Positions 1 to 10,307 of a stretch of DNA of 64,000 nucleotides are shown here, piece after piece. Each line of letters opens with the position of its first letter. Positions within the stretch are counted from its first letter, which is position 1. This DNA comes from a virus, in IMG/VR virus record IMGVR_UViG_3300050343_000182; one strand, given 5' to 3'. Position numbers and translations under genes: made by a program. The notes below the pieces were generated by a model that was given only the letters and a program-made list of their open reading frames with translations, did no database searches and had not been told where the DNA came from.

Positions 1-1
1 C

Positions 2-961
2 TGGTCTGAGGTGCCTGGTAGGGATGCTGCATGGAAAGAGCAGACTATTCGCAACACGTCTGAAGAGCAGTTTAACCAGGAATTTGAATGTGAATTTCTG
101 GGATCGGTTAACACTCTCATTACATCATCTAAACTAAAAACTTTGGTATACGATGATCCTGTGAAGTCCAGTCAAGGACTAGATGTGTATGAAGAGCCAG
201 TAACCGATCATACTTATGTATGCACGGTGGACGTTGCTCGTGGTATAACTAAAGATTACTCAGCATTCTGTGTATTTGATACTACCACGATCCCATATAA
301 GTTAGTAGCGAAGTATAGAAACAATAAAATTAAACCATTACTCTTCCCCAATATCATTCATCAGGTAGTGACGAGTTATAATCATGCCTTTACCTTGATT
401 GAGGTTAATGATATTGGTGGACAGGTGGCAGATATTATGCAGTTTGATCTGGAGTATGACAATCTCCTGATGTCATCCATGCGTGGACGTGCTGGGCAGG
501 TTGTAGGACAAGGATTCTCTGGGTCTAAGGTGCAACTAGGTGTCAAGATGTCTACCACAGTCAAGAAGACTGGGTGTGCAAACATGAAACAGTTGATTGA
601 GGATGACAAACTTGTCTTTAATGACTATGATATCATTGCTGAGTTAACTACATTCATCCAGAAGGGACAGGCATGGGAAGCCGAAGAAGGATGTAATGAT
701 GACCTCTCTATGTGTCTGGTCATATTCTCTTGGTTAGCGACCTCAGACTACTTTAGAGAACTGCATGACAACGATGTCAGGACGCGAATGTATCTGGAGC
801 AGAAGGAAGCAATTGAAGCAGACATGGCACCGTTTGGATTTATGGATGATGGTCTTCAGGAAGAAGTAATTGTAGATCCACAAGGACAGACATGGCATAA
901 CGCAGAAAGAGAATCTATTGCTGAGTATGGCGACATGTCGTATATGTGGGATTACCAATGA
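2..961 (+). CDS. gp17: Terminase large subunit gp17, C-terminal nuclease part (5'-partial)
   Basis: FNQEFECEFLGS, YVCTVDVARG, EVNDIG and EEGCNDDLSM motifs; lies directly upstream of the tail sheath as in T4-like phages; frame is open to the window edge. Confidence 0.95.
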   Translation, partial: WSEVPGRDAAWKEQTIRNTSEEQFNQEFECEFLGSVNTLITSSKLKTLVYDDPVKSSQGLDVYEEPVTDHTYVCTVDVARGITKDYSAFCVFDTTTIPYKLVAKYRNNKIKPLLFPNIIHQVVTSYNHAFTLIEVNDIGGQVADIMQFDLEYDNLLMSSMRGRAGQVVGQGFSGSKVQLGVKMSTTVKKTGCANMKQLIEDDKLVFNDYDIIAELTTFIQKGQAWEAEEGCNDDLSMCLVIFSWLATSDYFRELHDNDVRTRMYLEQKEAIEADMAPFGFMDDGLQEEVIVDPQGQTWHNAERESIAEYGDMSYMWDYQ

Positions 962-1143
962 GTAGCGAATTTGATTACGTTGAAGCACCTACCGAAGGTG
1001 AAGTTGATAAGTGGGGGTTTACTATTAAACCATCTATCAGCGATGAAGAATGCATTCTCCGTTGTATAAAGAATGCACCTGAAGGATGTGATAAAAAACA
1101 AGTTGCCAGATTGGTGCAGGAATGGACTTTGAAGACAACCTAG
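946..1143 (+). CDS. Hypothetical protein
   Basis: 65-aa ORF packed between gp17 and the next ORF with short overlaps; true start may be the ATG at 958. Confidence 0.6.
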   Translation: MGLPMSSEFDYVEAPTEGEVDKWGFTIKPSISDEECILRCIKNAPEGCDKKQVARLVQEWTLKTT

Positions 1144-1349
1144 ATCTAGAAGAGTTTCTATTTGTAGATAGGCAGTGTCGCAAATGTCTTCGCACCCTGT
1201 CACTGGTAGATCATTTCTATAAGACTAGACCTGATAGAGGTAAGAATGTTTCAGCATATTCTTATACTTGTAAACAGTGTCAAGTAAAGCGTAATGCTGC
1301 TAATAGGAAGAAGAAAAAGATATGGATTACTGAATATCCTGACTGGTGA
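1122..1349 (+). CDS. Small zinc-ribbon protein (CxxC...CxxC, basic tail)
   Basis: QCRKC...TCKQC followed by NRKKKK. Confidence 0.65.
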   Translation: MDFEDNLDLEEFLFVDRQCRKCLRTLSLVDHFYKTRPDRGKNVSAYSYTCKQCQVKRNAANRKKKKIWITEYPDW

Positions 1350-1386
1350 TTTCGTCTTGTTTACCCTCTGAAAAACACCGTTATTC

Positions 1387-1392
1387 TAAATA
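1387..1392 (+). promoter_or_regulatory. T4-type (gp55) late promoter of gp18
   Basis: cTAAATAg about 40 nt upstream of the ATG, followed by an AGGAG RBS. Confidence 0.7.
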
Positions 1393-1432
1393 GTTTCAGC
1401 ATCCGACTAGGAATCTAATCAGGAGAATCTAA

Positions 1433-4204
1433 ATGGCATCAACACAACTTTCACCAGGGGTTGTTGTACTTGAAAGAGATCTGACCTCCGTAGCCAACGC
1501 AACAGTTGATAATGTTGCTGCTATTGTGGGATCCTTTGAAAAAGGACCCGTTGAGGCAATGACCACGGTCACCAGTGAGCGCGAGCTCCTGTCGATCTTC
1601 GGTCGTCCAAACGAGTATAACTACGAGTACTGGTTTTCTGCAGCACAATTCTTGCTGTATGGCGGCACCGTAAAGGTTGTCCGTGCAATGAATGACTCGC
1701 TCAAGAACGCAATCGATACTGCACAGTTTATCGTCGCAACCTTCAGCAGCACTGACACTACGCTGACAGTTGCAGCTGCAACCGATCTGGACGTTAACGA
1801 TCTGCTTCTTGTGGACGCAGAATTGCTCGTTATCCAGGCAGTCTCTGGTAACGACGTTACCGTGCTTCGCGGTCAACTTGCAACATCTGCTGCATCTCAC
1901 GCTGCTGCTGCTCCAGTAACTCTTATTGAGCCTGCTGGCACATCATCAACTATTAACGAAGGATCTACCTTCACCGACGCTGACGCCACTCTTACAGTGA
2001 CCTCTGCAACCACCCTTGGTGGCGGCACCAACTCTTACATTAGAGTTGATGACGAGATCATGCAGATCACTGGTGTTTCAGGTAACAACCTCAACGTGAC
2101 TCGCGGTCTGCTCGGCACTACTGCTGCTGCACACACCGATGGATCTGCCGTTGCACTGCAACTGGTAACAGCACAGAAGACTGAGATCAACGAAACAACT
2201 GCAACTGGTATCACTGCTCCACTCATCAAGAACGATGACGAGTATGAGACCAACGTTGAGAGCGCAGCAAACAACTGGAAGTGGGCAGCAAAATCTGCTG
2301 GTCTTCATGGTAACTCCATCCGCGTGGTAATGACCGACGCTGGTGCTGATCAGGTGTTGTCTTTGGCACAACCTACTAGCACTGAGTGGCAATTTGCCAG
2401 TGGTGCAGAAGTTGCATACTCTGCAGCAAACATCTACGCTAAGGTTTACACCTACGACACGATCGTCACCGTGGTTGACGACTCTACCCTGATTGGATCC
2501 TTCGAGAAGGACAACTACATCACTGCTGTTAGTGGTGGTGTTACTGGTCGTATTGTTGCTTGGGATCCTGAGACTCGCAAACTTGAAGTTGCTATCGACT
2601 CCTCCTCCGCTGACGTGCTGGAGATTGGCGATACCATTTCTGAGTTGGCAAACAGCAGCAACACTCCTGGTAGTGCAACTGGCGATGCCGCTACGGTTGA
2701 GGCAATCCGCAGAGAGTTGAGAGTTTCTCTTAACCCTGGATCTCCTAACTTCCAAGCAAACCAGAACGTTGCAGACTCAAATGCTGCTACTGTGCTGATT
2801 GCCGCAGTCGAAAGTGACTACGACACCCGCCTTTATGGGGTGAATCAGAGATGGGCAAACATCGCTCCTCGTCCTACTACATCCGCATATGTGGAAGATA
2901 GAGGTGGTTATAACGACCTGATGCACATCCTGGTCCTTGACGGCGACGGAAAACTGACTGGCACACCTGGCGCTCTCCTTGAGAAGCACCTCAACGTGTC
3001 TAAGGCAACCGATGCCAAGTCTCCTCAGGGTGACAACATCTACTACAAGAACGTTGTTAAGCAATTCTCGCAATTCCTGTATTGGGGATCGCATGAAGTT
3101 AACAACATCTATGATCGCGACACTAACGCTTCTGGCGGTTTCGGTCTTAGTGGTACCAACAGAGAGTTTGATCTGATTAAGTCTGACAACTCCCTCAACA
3201 ACCTTGATGACCCAACAGGTCTCAACCCCCTCGCTGTGCCTCTGGTTGGCACGAAGGGTCGCGCAACGTTGCGCTTTGCTCTCCAAGGTGGCATCGATGG
3301 TTATACCATCTCACGCCCTAACATCTTGGGTGCATACACACTCTTCAATGACGCTGAGACTGTGCAACTGGACTACATCCTGATGGGTCCTGGCATGAAT
3401 AGTTTGAATGATACTATCGCCAAAGCACAACACATCATCGGCATTGCAGATGCCCGTAAGGATTGTATCGCTTTCATCTCGCCATATAGAGGTGATATTG
3501 TCGGACAATCTTCAGTACCTCAAATTGTGCAACGCACAGTTGAGTACTTCGATCAACTTGGATCTTCCTCGTATACTGTCTTCGATAACAACTACAAGTA
3601 TATCTACGACAAGTATAACGATGTCTATCGTTACCTTCCTTGTAACGCTGACATGGCAGGTCTGGTATTGAGCACCACTCTTAATCAAGAGCCTTGGTTC
3701 TCTCCTGCAGGTTTCAACCGTGGTAACCTGAGAAACAGCATCAAACTTGCTTATTCTCCTTTGAAGGATCACAGAGATTTGCTTTATGCAGCAAGAGTTA
3801 ACCCCATCGTCGCATTCCCTGGTCAGGGTATGGTCCTCTTCGGAGACAAGACTGCACTGGGTTATCAATCTGCATTCGACAGAATCAACGTCCGCCGTCT
3901 CTTCCTCGTCATCGAAGAAGCGATCAGTAAAGCGGCTAAGACTCAACTCTTTGAATTGAATGATGAGTTTACTCGCCAACAATTCAAGAACATCGTTGAG
4001 CCTTTCCTGAGATCTGTCCAATCACGTCGTGGTATTGTTGACTTCTTGGTTGTCTGTGATGGCACCAACAACCCAGCGGAAGCAATTGACCGTGGTGAAT
4101 TCTACGCTGAGATCTTTGTGAAACCCACAAGATCCATCAACTTCATCACACTGACCTTCACGGCAACAAGGACTGGCGCTAGCTTTAACGAGCTCGTCAC
4201 CTGA
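1433..4204 (+). CDS. gp18: Tail sheath protein gp18 (enlarged, 923 aa)
   Basis: N-terminal LSPGVVVLERD, WFSPAGFNRG, FDRINVRRLF and C-terminal KPTRSINFITLTF. Confidence 0.97.
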   Translation: MASTQLSPGVVVLERDLTSVANATVDNVAAIVGSFEKGPVEAMTTVTSERELLSIFGRPNEYNYEYWFSAAQFLLYGGTVKVVRAMNDSLKNAIDTAQFIVATFSSTDTTLTVAAATDLDVNDLLLVDAELLVIQAVSGNDVTVLRGQLATSAASHAAAAPVTLIEPAGTSSTINEGSTFTDADATLTVTSATTLGGGTNSYIRVDDEIMQITGVSGNNLNVTRGLLGTTAAAHTDGSAVALQLVTAQKTEINETTATGITAPLIKNDDEYETNVESAANNWKWAAKSAGLHGNSIRVVMTDAGADQVLSLAQPTSTEWQFASGAEVAYSAANIYAKVYTYDTIVTVVDDSTLIGSFEKDNYITAVSGGVTGRIVAWDPETRKLEVAIDSSSADVLEIGDTISELANSSNTPGSATGDAATVEAIRRELRVSLNPGSPNFQANQNVADSNAATVLIAAVESDYDTRLYGVNQRWANIAPRPTTSAYVEDRGGYNDLMHILVLDGDGKLTGTPGALLEKHLNVSKATDAKSPQGDNIYYKNVVKQFSQFLYWGSHEVNNIYDRDTNASGGFGLSGTNREFDLIKSDNSLNNLDDPTGLNPLAVPLVGTKGRATLRFALQGGIDGYTISRPNILGAYTLFNDAETVQLDYILMGPGMNSLNDTIAKAQHIIGIADARKDCIAFISPYRGDIVGQSSVPQIVQRTVEYFDQLGSSSYTVFDNNYKYIYDKYNDVYRYLPCNADMAGLVLSTTLNQEPWFSPAGFNRGNLRNSIKLAYSPLKDHRDLLYAARVNPIVAFPGQGMVLFGDKTALGYQSAFDRINVRRLFLVIEEAISKAAKTQLFELNDEFTRQQFKNIVEPFLRSVQSRRGIVDFLVVCDGTNNPAEAIDRGEFYAEIFVKPTRSINFITLTFTATRTGASFNELVT
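1751..2166 (+). repeat. Two tandem ~62-aa beta-rich domains inserted in gp18
   Basis: TDTTLTV...VDAELLVIQAVSGNDVTVLRGQLATSAASH versus DATLTV...VDDEIMQITGVSGNNLNVTRGLLGTTAAAH. Confidence 0.8.
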
Positions 4205-4257
4205 TCATCCAACCATCTAAACCCCATTACATAAACCAATCGGAGTACTAGACAACA

Positions 4258-4935
4258 ATGTCAGAAAAATACCCAGGGCAGACAGAAGGCAAGATGGTCA
4301 ATGCACCAATCCTTGACTTCAGAAACAGAATCGGGGACCTCGCCCGCCCCAACCTATTTCAAGTTGAAATCGGTTTCCCTAGCATAGTCGATGAAGGCAC
4401 CCCAGCATCGGGTGCCACACCTGGATCTCAAGAGAAACTTCAGCAGGAAACTGCTGGTGCTTCCCAGGCAGGATCCTCCGCTTCATCTGGATCTCTCGCA
4501 ACCTTCCTTGTGAAGGCAGCAAACATCCCCGCTTCTACAGTGGGTGTGATTGAGGTTCCTTACAGAGGTAGGACACTCAAGATCGCTGGTGACAGAACCT
4601 TCGAGCCATGGACAGTTACTGTCCTCAACGACAAAGGATTCGCACTGCGCTCTAAGTTTGAAGAGTGGTCTACTAAGATCCAAAACCTGCAGCAAAACCT
4701 GCAAACACCTCAGAATATCTCTGAATATCAGTCTGGTGCAATTGTGCGTCAGTATGATAGACAGGGTGGTGTTGTAAGATCGTATCAGTTTGTTGGCATC
4801 TGGCCCTCAAACATCAGTGCAATTGATCTTGCATGGGATAGCAACGATACTCCTGAAGAGTATACTGTTGAATTCCAGGTCCAGTACTGGACATACGCTA
4901 ACGATAATAACGCTGGTAACAGTGTTTCTAAATAG
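4258..4935 (+). CDS. gp19: Tail tube protein gp19
   Basis: LARPNLFQVEI, VPYRGRTLKIAGDRTFEPWTVT, EEYTVEFQVQYW. Confidence 0.96.
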   Translation: MSEKYPGQTEGKMVNAPILDFRNRIGDLARPNLFQVEIGFPSIVDEGTPASGATPGSQEKLQQETAGASQAGSSASSGSLATFLVKAANIPASTVGVIEVPYRGRTLKIAGDRTFEPWTVTVLNDKGFALRSKFEEWSTKIQNLQQNLQTPQNISEYQSGAIVRQYDRQGGVVRSYQFVGIWPSNISAIDLAWDSNDTPEEYTVEFQVQYWTYANDNNAGNSVSK

Positions 4936-4950
4936 GTTAAATTCCTAGCG

Positions 4951-4958
4951 TATAAATA
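4951..4958 (+). promoter_or_regulatory. Late promoter TATAAATA upstream of gp20
   Basis: Exact T4 late consensus. Confidence 0.8.
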
Positions 4959-4983
4959 ATTGATAATGTATAGGGACAGTTGA

Positions 4984-6618
4984 ATGTCACAACTATTTGG
5001 TTATTCCCTAGATCGAAAGAAAGGTAAGGGCTCTGCGAAGGGTCCTTCTTTCGTGCATAAAGACAATGACGATGCCGCGCAACCCATTGCTGCTGGTGGA
5101 CATTTTGGTCAGTATGTAGATCTGGGAGACTCGGCAAACAAGTCGAGCGATGTCGATCTTATTGGTCGGTATCGTGGAATGTCTTTGCATCCTGAAGCGG
5201 ATGCAGCAATTAATGACATTGTGAATGAGGCAATCGCTGGAGATCTTGACGATCACCCTGTTGATATTGAGCTTTCAAATCTTAAAGTGTCTGACGCTAT
5301 TAAGACTCGTATCAGAGAGGAGTTTGAGAATGTTCTCAGTCTCCTCGATTTTGATAGAAAGGCATACGATATCTTCCGTAGATGGTATATCGATGGTCGC
5401 CTCTTTTACCATAAGATGATTAACCCTGATAATCCCAAGGAAGGGATTACAGAGTTGAGGTATATTGATCCTCGCAAAATCAAGAAAGTTATCGAGTATG
5501 ATAAACCCAAGGATCGCATTTCACCTGCAGATCCACAGGTCAACGTGCTGATTCCTAAGGCAGTTGAGTATTATATTTACGCGCCTAAGGGTCTACGCGG
5601 TTACGAAAACAATGGAATCAAGATTGCACCTGATGCAATTTGCTATGCCCACTCAGGGCAACTTGATATGCAGCGCAACACTGTGCTGTCACACCTCCAT
5701 AAAGCAATTAAAGCACTCAATCAACTGAGAATGATTGAGGATTCGCTTGTTATCTATCGTCTCTCTCGCGCACCCGAGCGTAGAATTTTCTACATCGATG
5801 TGGGTAACCTGCCTAAGCAAAAGGCAGAGCAATACCTCAGAGAGGTGATGTCTCGCTACAGAAATAAGTTGGTGTATAACGCTGACACTGGTGAGATTCG
5901 TGATGACAAGAAATTCATGTCTATGCTGGAAGATTTCTGGTTGCCAAGACGTGAAGGTGGACGCGGCACTGAGATCACCACACTCCCAGGTGGACAAAAC
6001 CTAGGTGAGTTGGAGGATGTCAAGTACTTCCAGAAGAAACTCTACAGGTCACTCAACGTACCTGAGTCACGTCTAGAATCTGACTCTTCTTTTAACGTTG
6101 GTAGGTCTGCAGAGATCACCCGTGACGAAGTTAAATTCCAAAAATTCGTCGTTAGACTCCGCAAGAAGTTTGGTGATCTGTTTAACGATCTGCTTAAGAC
6201 TCAACTTATTCTGAAAGGTGTCTTCACACCTGAAGAGTGGGAAGATATGAAAGAGCATATTCAATATGATTTTGTTGCTGACAACTACTTCGCTGAGTTG
6301 AAAGAGCAAGAGATCATGAATGCTCGTATGGCACTTCTGCAGCAGATGGACCCATTCGTGGGCAAATACTTCTCGCTGGAATACATGCGTCGTCAGATCC
6401 TTAAGCAACCTGATGCCCTATTCAAGGACATCGATAAGGATATGGCGCAAGAGATCAAAGACGGTAAGGTCATTGATCCTATGCAAATGCCAGCAATGGA
6501 AGTAGAGCAAATGGCAATGTCACTCCAACCAGAGCCAGTTGATCCTGAGCAACAAGCTATGGATCAATACGCGCAGCAGGGAATCGATCCTGCGGATCGT
6601 AAAAAAGGAGATTTCTAA
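4984..6618 (+). CDS. gp20: Portal vertex protein gp20
   Basis: YRLSRAPERRIFYIDVGNLPK, EDFWLPRREGGRGTEITTLPGGQNLG. Confidence 0.98.
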   Translation: MSQLFGYSLDRKKGKGSAKGPSFVHKDNDDAAQPIAAGGHFGQYVDLGDSANKSSDVDLIGRYRGMSLHPEADAAINDIVNEAIAGDLDDHPVDIELSNLKVSDAIKTRIREEFENVLSLLDFDRKAYDIFRRWYIDGRLFYHKMINPDNPKEGITELRYIDPRKIKKVIEYDKPKDRISPADPQVNVLIPKAVEYYIYAPKGLRGYENNGIKIAPDAICYAHSGQLDMQRNTVLSHLHKAIKALNQLRMIEDSLVIYRLSRAPERRIFYIDVGNLPKQKAEQYLREVMSRYRNKLVYNADTGEIRDDKKFMSMLEDFWLPRREGGRGTEITTLPGGQNLGELEDVKYFQKKLYRSLNVPESRLESDSSFNVGRSAEITRDEVKFQKFVVRLRKKFGDLFNDLLKTQLILKGVFTPEEWEDMKEHIQYDFVADNYFAELKEQEIMNARMALLQQMDPFVGKYFSLEYMRRQILKQPDALFKDIDKDMAQEIKDGKVIDPMQMPAMEVEQMAMSLQPEPVDPEQQAMDQYAQQGIDPADRKKGDF

Positions 6619-6644
6619 ATAGTATTACTGAATTCTTAATAATT

Positions 6645-6893
6645 ATGCCAACCCAATCCGCGCTTGAGATCGTCAACGCATTGTTTGCAGGTCAAAAAGA
6701 TCTATCAGACTACGTTGATTCTGCTATGAAAGTCGTAGCGGTTGATCAAATTGACGCCAAGAAGCAAGAAGTCGGATCCTCAATGTTTAAGGAACCCGAC
6801 GAAACACCTGAAGTCGAAGCATCTGCAGAGACCGAGGTAACTGATACCCCACCAGAGGAAACAACAGATGAGACTGATCAGAGAGGAGATTGA
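6645..6893 (+). CDS. Small acidic prohead core protein (gp67/gp68 position)
   Basis: Acidic 82-aa ORF between gp20 and gp21; TAAATA at 6616-6621. Confidence 0.65.
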   Translation: MPTQSALEIVNALFAGQKDLSDYVDSAMKVVAVDQIDAKKQEVGSSMFKEPDETPEVEASAETEVTDTPPEETTDETDQRGD

Positions 6894-7515
6894 ATCCGCA
6901 AAGGTAACGATCACTGAAGGTAAGGATGGTAAGAAACGCCACTTTATCGAAGGTGTTTTCTTGCAGGGTGAGATCAAAAATAGAAATGGTCGCATGTATC
7001 GCGCCGAAACTTTGCAACGTGAAGTTGCTAAATACAACGAGCAATACATCACCAAAGGTCGCGCACTAGGTGAGTTGGGTCATCCTGATGGTCCTACTAT
7101 TAATCTTGACCGCGTGTCTCATCTAATTACTTCTCTGCAAAGAGAGGGTAACAACTTCGTAGGTAAGGCAAGACTTCTCGATACCCCCATGGGTAACATC
7201 GCTAGAAATCTTCTCGACGAAGGTGTAAAACTAGGTGTATCTTCGAGAGGTCTTGGATCTATCAAAGAGGAAGGTGGTATTAAAGTTGTCGCTGATGACT
7301 TTATGCTTGCCACTGCTGCGGATATCGTAGCAGATCCTTCTGCCCCTGACGCTTTTGTCAATGGCATTATGGAAGGAAGAGAGTGGGTCTATGCTGGAGG
7401 CGCAATCCAAGAGCAAAGAATCGAGAAGATTAAACAGAGAATTGATAACGCCCACCGTTCTCAGTTGGATGAGATGAAACTTTCCGCGTTTCACTCCTTC
7501 ATCAAAAATCTTTAA
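6868..7515 (+). CDS. gp21: Prohead protease gp21
   Basis: GELGHPDGPTINLDRVSH, GVSSRGLGS, DIVADPSAPDAFV. Confidence 0.97.
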   Translation: MRLIREEIESAKVTITEGKDGKKRHFIEGVFLQGEIKNRNGRMYRAETLQREVAKYNEQYITKGRALGELGHPDGPTINLDRVSHLITSLQREGNNFVGKARLLDTPMGNIARNLLDEGVKLGVSSRGLGSIKEEGGIKVVADDFMLATAADIVADPSAPDAFVNGIMEGREWVYAGGAIQEQRIEKIKQRIDNAHRSQLDEMKLSAFHSFIKNL

Positions 7516-7517
7516 TC

Positions 7518-7525
7518 TATAAATA
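7518..7525 (+). promoter_or_regulatory. Late promoter TATAAATA upstream of gp22/gp23
   Basis: Exact consensus; AGGAG RBS downstream. Confidence 0.8.
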
Positions 7526-7565
7526 ACTATAGCAAATATCGCACGTTTGTAAACCAGGAGACAAA

Positions 7566-8600
7566 ATGTCACAAGAGATTGAAACAACTCTGGATGAATC
7601 GAGTGTAACCGCTGGCGCAAAACCTGCCGAACCACAGCCCAAACTGGGCGCTGACGGTAGTAGTCTCGCTGGAGTACAAGATCTCGGTGGTCCAACACCA
7701 CAGAATAGCAAACCCACAGATGACAGCAATAAGTATAAGACTGTTGCTGGTGGAAATGCTGCTGCACCCACAACAAAACCCTCTGACGCCTCTGGCGCTA
7801 AAGCAGAATTTGCTGCTAAGGGTGATGTGAAGGCAGGTCACGAGCCCGAGGGCGATGTGATTGCTGAAGAGCCTCAGGAGACTGTAATTGAAGTAGACCT
7901 TTCTGCTGATGTTGCTGCTCTTACCGAAGGTGAAGAGCTGACTGAAGAATTCAAAGAGAAAGCAAAAACGATCTTTGAAGCAGCAGTCGTATCACGCATC
8001 AACGAAGAGTTGGAGCGTATGCACGAGGACTACGCTAAAGTCCTTGAAGAAGAAATTGAGTCTGTTAAGTCCGACCTCGCAGAAAAAGTCGATGAGTATC
8101 TGACTTATGCTGTTGGTCAATGGATGACAAAGAATGAGCTCGCCATTGAGCAGGGTATCAAAACCGAAATGGCTGAGTCCATGCTTGCAGGTCTCAAGCA
8201 AGTTTTCGTGGAGAACTATATTGATCTCCCCGAAGAAAAAGTTGATGTTGTAGAAGAAATTCAGACACAACTCGATGTAATGGAAACAAAACTCAACGAG
8301 TCTATTGAAGAAAATGTCGAGCTTAATAAGAGCGTCGGCACCTATATCAAGAATGGGATTGTGACAGAGATCGCTGAGGGACTATCACTCGCTCAACGCG
8401 AGAAGATTGTATCCCTGGCGGAAGCTGTTGAGTTTGAAAATGAAGAGTCTTTCCGTGCGAAGGTCTCTACCCTCCGTGAATCGTATTTCTCCACTAAGCC
8501 TGAAGTGACTACTGTCACTGAGGATGTCCAAGTTGAGAATCTTCCTGTTGGTGACGCTATGGCAGCATATGCCCAAGCGATCTCCCGCTGGAACAAGTAA
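7566..8600 (+). CDS. gp22: Prohead core scaffold gp22
   Basis: EEFKEKAKTIFEAAV, KVDEYLTY, LRESYF; lies between gp21 and gp23. Confidence 0.93.
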   Translation: MSQEIETTLDESSVTAGAKPAEPQPKLGADGSSLAGVQDLGGPTPQNSKPTDDSNKYKTVAGGNAAAPTTKPSDASGAKAEFAAKGDVKAGHEPEGDVIAEEPQETVIEVDLSADVAALTEGEELTEEFKEKAKTIFEAAVVSRINEELERMHEDYAKVLEEEIESVKSDLAEKVDEYLTYAVGQWMTKNELAIEQGIKTEMAESMLAGLKQVFVENYIDLPEEKVDVVEEIQTQLDVMETKLNESIEENVELNKSVGTYIKNGIVTEIAEGLSLAQREKIVSLAEAVEFENEESFRAKVSTLRESYFSTKPEVTTVTEDVQVENLPVGDAMAAYAQAISRWNK

Positions 8601-8630
8601 TAACCCTTTCATTTAACCTAAGAGTCTAAA

Positions 8631-9992
8631 ATGTTTAACGCAGAATCACTCCAGGAAAAGTGGAACCCCATTCTTGAGCACAATGAGCTCGATCCTATTA
8701 AGGATACCTACAGAAAGGCGGTTACCTCAGTCCTCTTGGAGAACCAAGAAAAATTCCTTAAGGAAGAGCGCGGTCTGGTAACAGAAGCTGCTCCTACTAA
8801 CTCACTGGGCGGCACTGGCTTCTCAGGTGGCAGCACCGCAACTGGTCCTGTCGCAGGTTTCGACCCTGTGCTGATCTCTCTGATCAGACGCTCCATGCCT
8901 AAGCTTATTGCTTATGACATCTGCGGCGTGCAACCAATGACTGGTCCTACTGGACTGATCTTTGCAATGCGCTCCACAACGGGCACCAACAGAGACATCG
9001 CTAACAGCGGCGTTGAGACTTTCTTCAACGAAGTTAACTCCGAGCATTCTTCCGAGAATAGTGCAAACGGTCTTGCATCTAACACTCAGACTGGATCTAA
9101 TCCTGGTCTGCTTGCTGATGGTGCTGGTCAGTACACGATCGGCGGTCAGGGCATGACCACTGCTCAGTCTGAAACACTGGGTGATGGCGCTTCTAACCAC
9201 TTCAACGAAATGGGCTTCTCGATCGAGAAGGTCACCGTTACTGCGAAGTCAAGAGCTCTGAAAGCAGAATACAGTCTTGAGCTTGCTCAGGACCTTAAGG
9301 CAGTCCATGGTCTGGATGCCGAAAGCGAGCTTGCAAACATCCTCAGCACTGAAGTGCTGGCAGAGATCAACCGTGAGGTTGTCCGTACTGTTTACAAGAT
9401 TGCTCGTCCTGGCGCTCAGAACAACACTGCAACTGCAGGTGTGTTTGACCTCGACGTTGACTCCAACGGTCGCTGGTCAGTTGAGAAATTCAAAGGTCTT
9501 CTCTTCCAAATCGAGAGAGACATGAATGCGATTGGTCACGAGACTCGTCGTGGGAAGGGCAACATCCTCATCTGCTCTGCTGATGTGGCTTCCGCTCTGT
9601 CCATGGCTGGTGTGCTTGACTACACCCCTGCTCTGTCTGGTAACGCTCAGTTGCTGCCCGACGACAACAGCAGCACCCTTGCTGGTACGCTTAACGGTCG
9701 TATTAAGGTCTACGTCGATCCTTACTCTGCCAACGTTTCCGATGCTCACTTCTATGTGGCTGGTTACAAAGGTAGCAGTGCTTATGACGCAGGTCTCTTC
9801 TACTGCCCTTATGTGCCCCTCCAGATGGTCCGCGCTGTGGGTCCTGATACCTTCCAACCAAAAATTGGATTTAAGACTCGTTACGGAATGGTCGCTAACC
9901 CATTCGCTGAAGGTCTTACCCAAGGTCAAGGTGCTCTCACCGCTAACGCTAACCGTTACTACAGACGTGTTAAGGTCACCAACCTCATGTGA
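8631..9992 (+). CDS. gp23: Major capsid protein gp23
   Basis: GVQPMTGPTGLIFAMR, KSRALKAEYSLELAQDLKAVHGLDAE, FQPKIGFKTRYG. Confidence 0.99.
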   Translation: MFNAESLQEKWNPILEHNELDPIKDTYRKAVTSVLLENQEKFLKEERGLVTEAAPTNSLGGTGFSGGSTATGPVAGFDPVLISLIRRSMPKLIAYDICGVQPMTGPTGLIFAMRSTTGTNRDIANSGVETFFNEVNSEHSSENSANGLASNTQTGSNPGLLADGAGQYTIGGQGMTTAQSETLGDGASNHFNEMGFSIEKVTVTAKSRALKAEYSLELAQDLKAVHGLDAESELANILSTEVLAEINREVVRTVYKIARPGAQNNTATAGVFDLDVDSNGRWSVEKFKGLLFQIERDMNAIGHETRRGKGNILICSADVASALSMAGVLDYTPALSGNAQLLPDDNSSTLAGTLNGRIKVYVDPYSANVSDAHFYVAGYKGSSAYDAGLFYCPYVPLQMVRAVGPDTFQPKIGFKTRYGMVANPFAEGLTQGQGALTANANRYYRRVKVTNLM

Positions 9993-10032
9993 TCCTGGAT
10001 GTTGTGGCGCTGGTTGCCCAACATGTCCTTTC

Positions 10033-10060
10033 AGACCTCCCGCAAGGGGGGTCTTTTTTT
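10033..10060 (+). terminator. Rho-independent terminator after gp23
   Basis: agacctccc-GCAA-ggggggtct followed by a T run. Confidence 0.9.
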
Positions 10061-10148
10061 GTCTTTGTATAGTTACGTTAAAAAGTAAGGAAACTTAGTT
10101 ACGATATCAAAACAAACATAAGTAGTTAAGCAGATTTGAGGTATTCAA

Positions 10149-10307
10149 ATGCACAGTCTAACATCAAGAAATCAACTCAACGAGTGGAGACATTTTGAGG
10201 AAACTGTAGAGGAGCAAAGCTTGAATGATTATTATGAATGTCTAATTGAGTGCGATATCCAGAGTCAAACTGCATGTAAAAAGATCTGTAGGGAGTTGCT
10301 TGTGTGA
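10149..10307 (+). CDS. 52-aa twin CX3C peptide (not in ORF track)
   Basis: Hand translation MHSLTSRNQLNEWRHFEETVEEQSLNDYYECLIECDIQSQTACKKICRELLV; GAGG RBS upstream. Confidence 0.75.
   Translation: MHSLTSRNQLNEWRHFEETVEEQSLNDYYECLIECDIQSQTACKKICRELLV

Noticed and set aside
4390-4500. Ser/Gly/Ala-rich insert in tail tube gp19
   Set aside because: A short low-complexity loop with no repeat or motif; likely ordinary variation
10149-10307. CP12 assignment for the Cys-rich peptide
   Set aside because: It lacks the AWDxVEEL core and the C-terminal Cys-x8-Cys pattern of CP12
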